NCBI GenBank assembly: GCA_937922745.1
Contig: CALAJO010000037.1
Location: forward strand, 1,240 to 65,239
From: an uncultured cyanobacterium
Lineage (GTDB): Bacteria; Cyanobacteriota; Vampirovibrionia; Vampirovibrionales; JAGQHJ01
Reading direction: 5' to 3'
DNA: 64,000 bases
Part shown: piece after piece, positions 60,397 to 64,000 of the stretch
Numbering within the stretch: the stretch's first letter is position 1
Layout: every line of letters begins with the position of its first letter
Translations under genes and position numbers: made by a program
The notes under the pieces: generated by a model
Seen by the model: the letters and a program-made list of their open reading frames with translations, nothing else
Databases searched by the model: none
What the model was told of the DNA's origin: nothing

Positions 60397-62019
60397 GTGG
60401 AACAGCTTCCGGTTCTTTCGATTCTGATATTTCTGCCCCTGATTTACGCCCTGATTGTTCCTTTCTTGCCGAATGAAAAGCGGCTCCTGCATACATTCAG
60501 TACTGTCGGATCAGGTTTGCTGTTTGTTCTTTCCGTGTTGTTCTGGCTTGGAACGACCAAGGCCGGGCGTCCGGCTGCGGAGTTTATGACCTGGCTGCCG
60601 CAATTGGGCATTCATTACAATGTGGGAGCGGATAACCTCAGTTGGGTTCTTGTTATTTTGACGACCTTCCTGGTGCTGATGGCTGTCTTAGCCAGCTATA
60701 CCTCGATTGAGAAGCGCCTGAAGCTGTATTACGCCATGATCTTTACGTTGACCTCAGCGATATTAGGGGTTTTTCTGGCGCGAGATTTGTTCGTTTTCTT
60801 CCTGTTCTGGGAACTGGAATTAATCCCGATGTATCTGTTGATCTCCATCTGGGGCGGCCCCAGACGGGAGTACGCGGCCATCAAGTTTGTCCTTTATACC
60901 CTGTTTGGCAGTGTCTTTATGCTGGCGGCCATTTTGGGCCTCTTCTTTATCGCCAGAAGCGCCGATCCGTCTGCGACCTTTGCGTTTGCTGATTTATCCG
61001 GCGTTAGCGCGACCGGCCTGGCGGTTGGTACTCAGGTGCTACTATTCCTGGGCTTGTTTACTGCGTTCGCCATTAAATTGCCGATGGTTCCTTTCCACAC
61101 CTGGTTGCCGGATGCGCACGTTGAAGCGCCGACTCCCATCAGTATGCTGCTGGCTGGCATCCTCTTAAAAATGGGTTCTTACGGGATGCTGCGCCTGTGC
61201 TTTGGCTGGTTCCCGGAAGCAGCTACCGTCCTTGCGCCTTACCTGGTTCTGATCGGCACCATTAATATTGTGTATACGGCGGGTGTTGCACTTGCCCAGG
61301 CCGACTTGAAGAAATTAATTGCCTACAGTAGCGTCAGCCACATGGGCTTTGTGCTGCTGGGATTGGGCGCGTTGAACGCGGTTGGCTTTAATGGCGCCGT
61401 GTTCCAGATGGTGAGCCACGGATTGATTAGCGCCGGGCTCTTTATGATTGTGGGAACGCTTTATACCCGTACCCATACACGCCAGATCGCGGAAATGGGC
61501 GGGTTTGGCAAAGTGCTTCCGACAGTTTACTTCTTCGCCCTTTTGATTGCGATGGCCAGCCTCGGGTTGCCCCTTTTAGGTGGTTTCCCGGCAGAGACGC
61601 TGGTCTTCTATGGCGCTTTCCTGTCGAATGCTTTCAAAGTTATTCCCTGGTTTGGTGGCACGGTATTAACCCTCTCCATCCAGACGTTGACCATTATTTC
61701 CGCAATCGGGGTTGTTTTGGGGGCGGCTTATCTCTTGTGGATGCTGATGCGCGTCTTCATGGGGCCGGTATTCCCCAAGTGGAGCGATTTGAAAGACGCA
61801 ACGCCCAGCGAAGTCTTCGTGCTTGCTGCCTTGTCATTCCTGATTGTGGCCGTAGGGCTCTTCCCCAATCTGGTTTCTTCCCAATTCGAGCGGGAAGTGA
61901 CCGCAATGGCCCAGCCCTACAGCAAGATGATTGCCGAGCTGCATAAGGCGACCCCTAAAGGTCAAATTCCCGTGATTTCCATGATGAGCTTTTCCAAAAA
62001 TGAAGGAGGAACCCGGTAA
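60397..62019 (+). CDS. nuoM: NADH-quinone oxidoreductase subunit M
   Basis: 540 aa Mrp-antiporter-like; WLPDAHVEAPTP motif. Confidence 0.93.
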   Translation: MEQLPVLSILIFLPLIYALIVPFLPNEKRLLHTFSTVGSGLLFVLSVLFWLGTTKAGRPAAEFMTWLPQLGIHYNVGADNLSWVLVILTTFLVLMAVLASYTSIEKRLKLYYAMIFTLTSAILGVFLARDLFVFFLFWELELIPMYLLISIWGGPRREYAAIKFVLYTLFGSVFMLAAILGLFFIARSADPSATFAFADLSGVSATGLAVGTQVLLFLGLFTAFAIKLPMVPFHTWLPDAHVEAPTPISMLLAGILLKMGSYGMLRLCFGWFPEAATVLAPYLVLIGTINIVYTAGVALAQADLKKLIAYSSVSHMGFVLLGLGALNAVGFNGAVFQMVSHGLISAGLFMIVGTLYTRTHTRQIAEMGGFGKVLPTVYFFALLIAMASLGLPLLGGFPAETLVFYGAFLSNAFKVIPWFGGTVLTLSIQTLTIISAIGVVLGAAYLLWMLMRVFMGPVFPKWSDLKDATPSEVFVLAALSFLIVAVGLFPNLVSSQFEREVTAMAQPYSKMIAELHKATPKGQIPVISMMSFSKNEGGTR

Positions 62020-63563
62020 TGCCTGAAACAATGGCAATGAATGTTATTGGGCAAAAGGATATGTTGTTTATCCTACCGGAGATCATCCTGACCGTAGGGC
62101 TCTTGGCGATTCTTTGCCTGACGATGATGACCCATAAAAAGACGCGTCACGAGAATGCCGGGTTGATGCAGGTATCTCTCGTTTTTGTTCTGGGCTCCCT
62201 GGCTGCGCTGATTTGGCAGTTCGCCCAGCAACCGTCTATGGAGCCTGAGACGATGATGTTCGGCGCCTTGCGTGCGGATCTCTTTAGTTATGTCATGCGG
62301 GCTATGCTGCTGGCGGGCCTTGGCATTACGGTTGCCATCTCGCATGCCTTCCTGGAGCGGAATACCAAAATTATCGGCGACTTCTACGCCTTGGTGATGG
62401 GTGCGACGTTGGGCGGCATGGTGCTGTCTGCCGCCAATGATCTCGCAGCCGTGTTCATCGGCCTGGAAACCTTGAGCATTACCTCTTACGTGCTGGCTGG
62501 CTATTTGCGCCGCACGACCCGCAGTGCCGAAGCCTCCTTTAAGTACCTTGTTTATGGCGGGATGGGGACAGCCATCTTCCTGTTCGGTTTATCCCTGGTT
62601 TACGGCTTGTCCGGCTCCACCAACTTTTCCGACATTGCAACCGCGCTGGCTGCCTACCAAGGTGTGATGCACCCGACGCTCTTATTGATGGTGATTATGG
62701 TCTTTGCCGCACTGGCCTTTAAATTATCCATTGCCCCTTTTCATATGTGGGCACCGGATGTATACGAAGGGGCACCGACTCCGGTCAGTGCCTTCTTGTC
62801 GGTGGTTTCCAAAACGGCGGCATTTGCGGTTACCATTCGTTTGTTGATGGTCATTTTCCCGGGCTTCCCAGCCTGGGCCGAACTGTGGACGATTCTGGCG
62901 GTTCTGTCCATGACCATTGGGAACTTTGTTGCCCTGAAACAGCGTAACGTCAAGCGTCTGCTGGCTTACAGTACGGTTGCGCATGCCGGTTACATGCTTA
63001 CCGGCCTGGTTGTTGGCTCGTCTGCCGGTGTGGGTAGCATTGTGTACTACCTGATGACCTACCTGTTTATGAACCTGGGCGCGTTTGCCTGCGTCATCTA
63101 CTTTGGCATACTCACCGGCTCGGATGATATCGAGTCTTACCGTGGCATGGTGCAAAAGCGTCCCGGCCTGGTGCTGGCGTTTAGTATCTTCCTGTTGTCG
63201 TTGGCCGGAATTCCCATTACTGCCGGATTCTTTGCGAAGTTCTTCCTGTTCCAGGCGGTCATTATGTCCAACCCGGCGTATACCTGGTTGGTGATTGTGG
63301 CCCTGCTCAACAGTACCGTATCTCTGGCTTACTATATCAACATTATCCGCCTTATGGTCGTTAAAGAGCCTTCCGACGCGGTGAATGCAATTCCTGCCCA
63401 TACTTCGACCCCATGGGCGTTGGGCTCCGCATTAACCATTAGTGTTGCTGCCACGTTGTTGCTGGGTGTGTTTGCGTCCCAGTTCCTCAATTACAGCACG
63501 GAGTCTGTTAAACAGTTGGTTCAAGAACGCCCGGTGGTTGTAAGCCAAGGCTTAAAGCGTTAG
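62019..63563 (+). CDS. nuoN: NADH-quinone oxidoreductase subunit N
   Basis: 514 aa; WAPDVYEGAPTPVSAF motif; overlaps the nuoM stop. Confidence 0.93.
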   Translation: MPETMAMNVIGQKDMLFILPEIILTVGLLAILCLTMMTHKKTRHENAGLMQVSLVFVLGSLAALIWQFAQQPSMEPETMMFGALRADLFSYVMRAMLLAGLGITVAISHAFLERNTKIIGDFYALVMGATLGGMVLSAANDLAAVFIGLETLSITSYVLAGYLRRTTRSAEASFKYLVYGGMGTAIFLFGLSLVYGLSGSTNFSDIATALAAYQGVMHPTLLLMVIMVFAALAFKLSIAPFHMWAPDVYEGAPTPVSAFLSVVSKTAAFAVTIRLLMVIFPGFPAWAELWTILAVLSMTIGNFVALKQRNVKRLLAYSTVAHAGYMLTGLVVGSSAGVGSIVYYLMTYLFMNLGAFACVIYFGILTGSDDIESYRGMVQKRPGLVLAFSIFLLSLAGIPITAGFFAKFFLFQAVIMSNPAYTWLVIVALLNSTVSLAYYINIIRLMVVKEPSDAVNAIPAHTSTPWALGSALTISVAATLLLGVFASQFLNYSTESVKQLVQERPVVVSQGLKR

Positions 63564-64000
63564 ACCGAATCACATTTTCAAACGTTTCAAGAGCCCGTTG
63601 TGCCAGGTGCGCATTACGGGCTTTCTTGTCGCGGATGGCTTGCGGCAGAGGCGGCAAAATGCCCCAGTTGCTGTTAATCGGCTGGAAATGCTTGGCTTCG
63701 CTGCGGGTAATGTAATGGAACAGGGCGCCCATCATCGTTTCCTGCGGTAGAAGGATAGGCGCTTTCCCCTGGATGAGCTGGATAACCGAAAGCGCCGCCA
63801 TCAGGCCGGAGGCAATGGATTCGGTGTAGCCTTCCACGCCGGTAAGCTGCCCGGCGATGAGGATATTCGGATGCGAGCGAAGCTGCATAGTAGGCTGAAG
63901 CACCTGCGGGCTGTTGATAAACGTGTTACGGTGCATCACACCGTACCGAACGACTTCTGCGTTTTCCAGCCCCGGAATCATGCTGATCATCGTTTTCTGC
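63508..64000 (-). CDS. trmFO: Methylenetetrahydrofolate--tRNA-(uracil54-C5)-methyltransferase TrmFO, C-terminal part (gene continues beyond the window)
   Basis: GLENAE.VRYGVMHRNTFINSP...AGQ.TGVEGY.ES.ASGL conserved TrmFO/Gid block; overlaps the nuoN 3' end convergently. Confidence 0.8.
   Translation of the reverse strand, partial: QKTMISMIPGLENAEVVRYGVMHRNTFINSPQVLQPTMQLRSHPNILIAGQLTGVEGYTESIASGLMAALSVIQLIQGKAPILLPQETMMGALFHYITRSEAKHFQPINSNWGILPPLPQAIRDKKARNAHLAQRALETFENVIRSNALSLGLQPPGVLEPTV

Overview
This 64 kb window reads as a chromosomal segment from a moderately GC-rich bacterium (about 53-55% GC), with AT-rich intergenic promoter pockets.

Housekeeping and core-metabolism genes I can call:
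- pyrD (class-2 dihydroorotate dehydrogenase) and lysC.
- sdhC-sdhA-sdhB in Bacillus-like order, with a single diheme 'type B' cytochrome b subunit.
- A split transketolase (N- and C-subunit genes), overlapped upstream by a WecB/TagA-family glycosyltransferase.
- ahcY, ppdK, ileS, rarA, maf and secG.
- An 11-gene nuoABCDHIJKLMN operon that lacks nuoE/F/G.
- The 3' part of trmFO, running off the window end.
- tRNA-Arg(ACG).
- A sugar-acid-type module: IlvD/EDD dehydratase, DapA-family aldolase and a cyclase.
- yqeK and rsfS.

Accessory or unusual content interleaved with these:
- Two tandem, near-identical type IV pilin genes on a duplicated unit of about 985 bp, each with its own promoter block and hairpin terminator.
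- A large protein with a prepilin-type N-terminus, next to a PilZ-like protein.
- Four proteins carrying HExxH metalloprotease motifs: one Tat-exported, one S2P/M50-like but apparently soluble, and one immediately downstream of the tRNA.
- A 1571-aa extremely acidic repeat-rich protein ending in a UvrD/PcrA-C-terminal-like Tudor domain.
- A 631-aa protein with a Q/N/Y-rich prion-like tail.
- A small protein built from three 45-aa repeats.
- A secreted protein with three 31-aa repeats.
- A 1.3 kb non-coding tract with REP/MITE-like palindromic repeats.

Several orphan genes sit behind AT-rich promoters with strong Shine-Dalgarno sequences, which suggests acquired or specially regulated effector-like genes. 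Phylogenetic placement is uncertain. The combination of sdhCAB order, lysC linkage, yqeK-rsfS, split tkt and an EFG-less nuo operon points away from typical Proteobacteria (Firmicutes/Chloroflexi-like features). The many long ORFs antisense to real genes are GC-driven artefacts.
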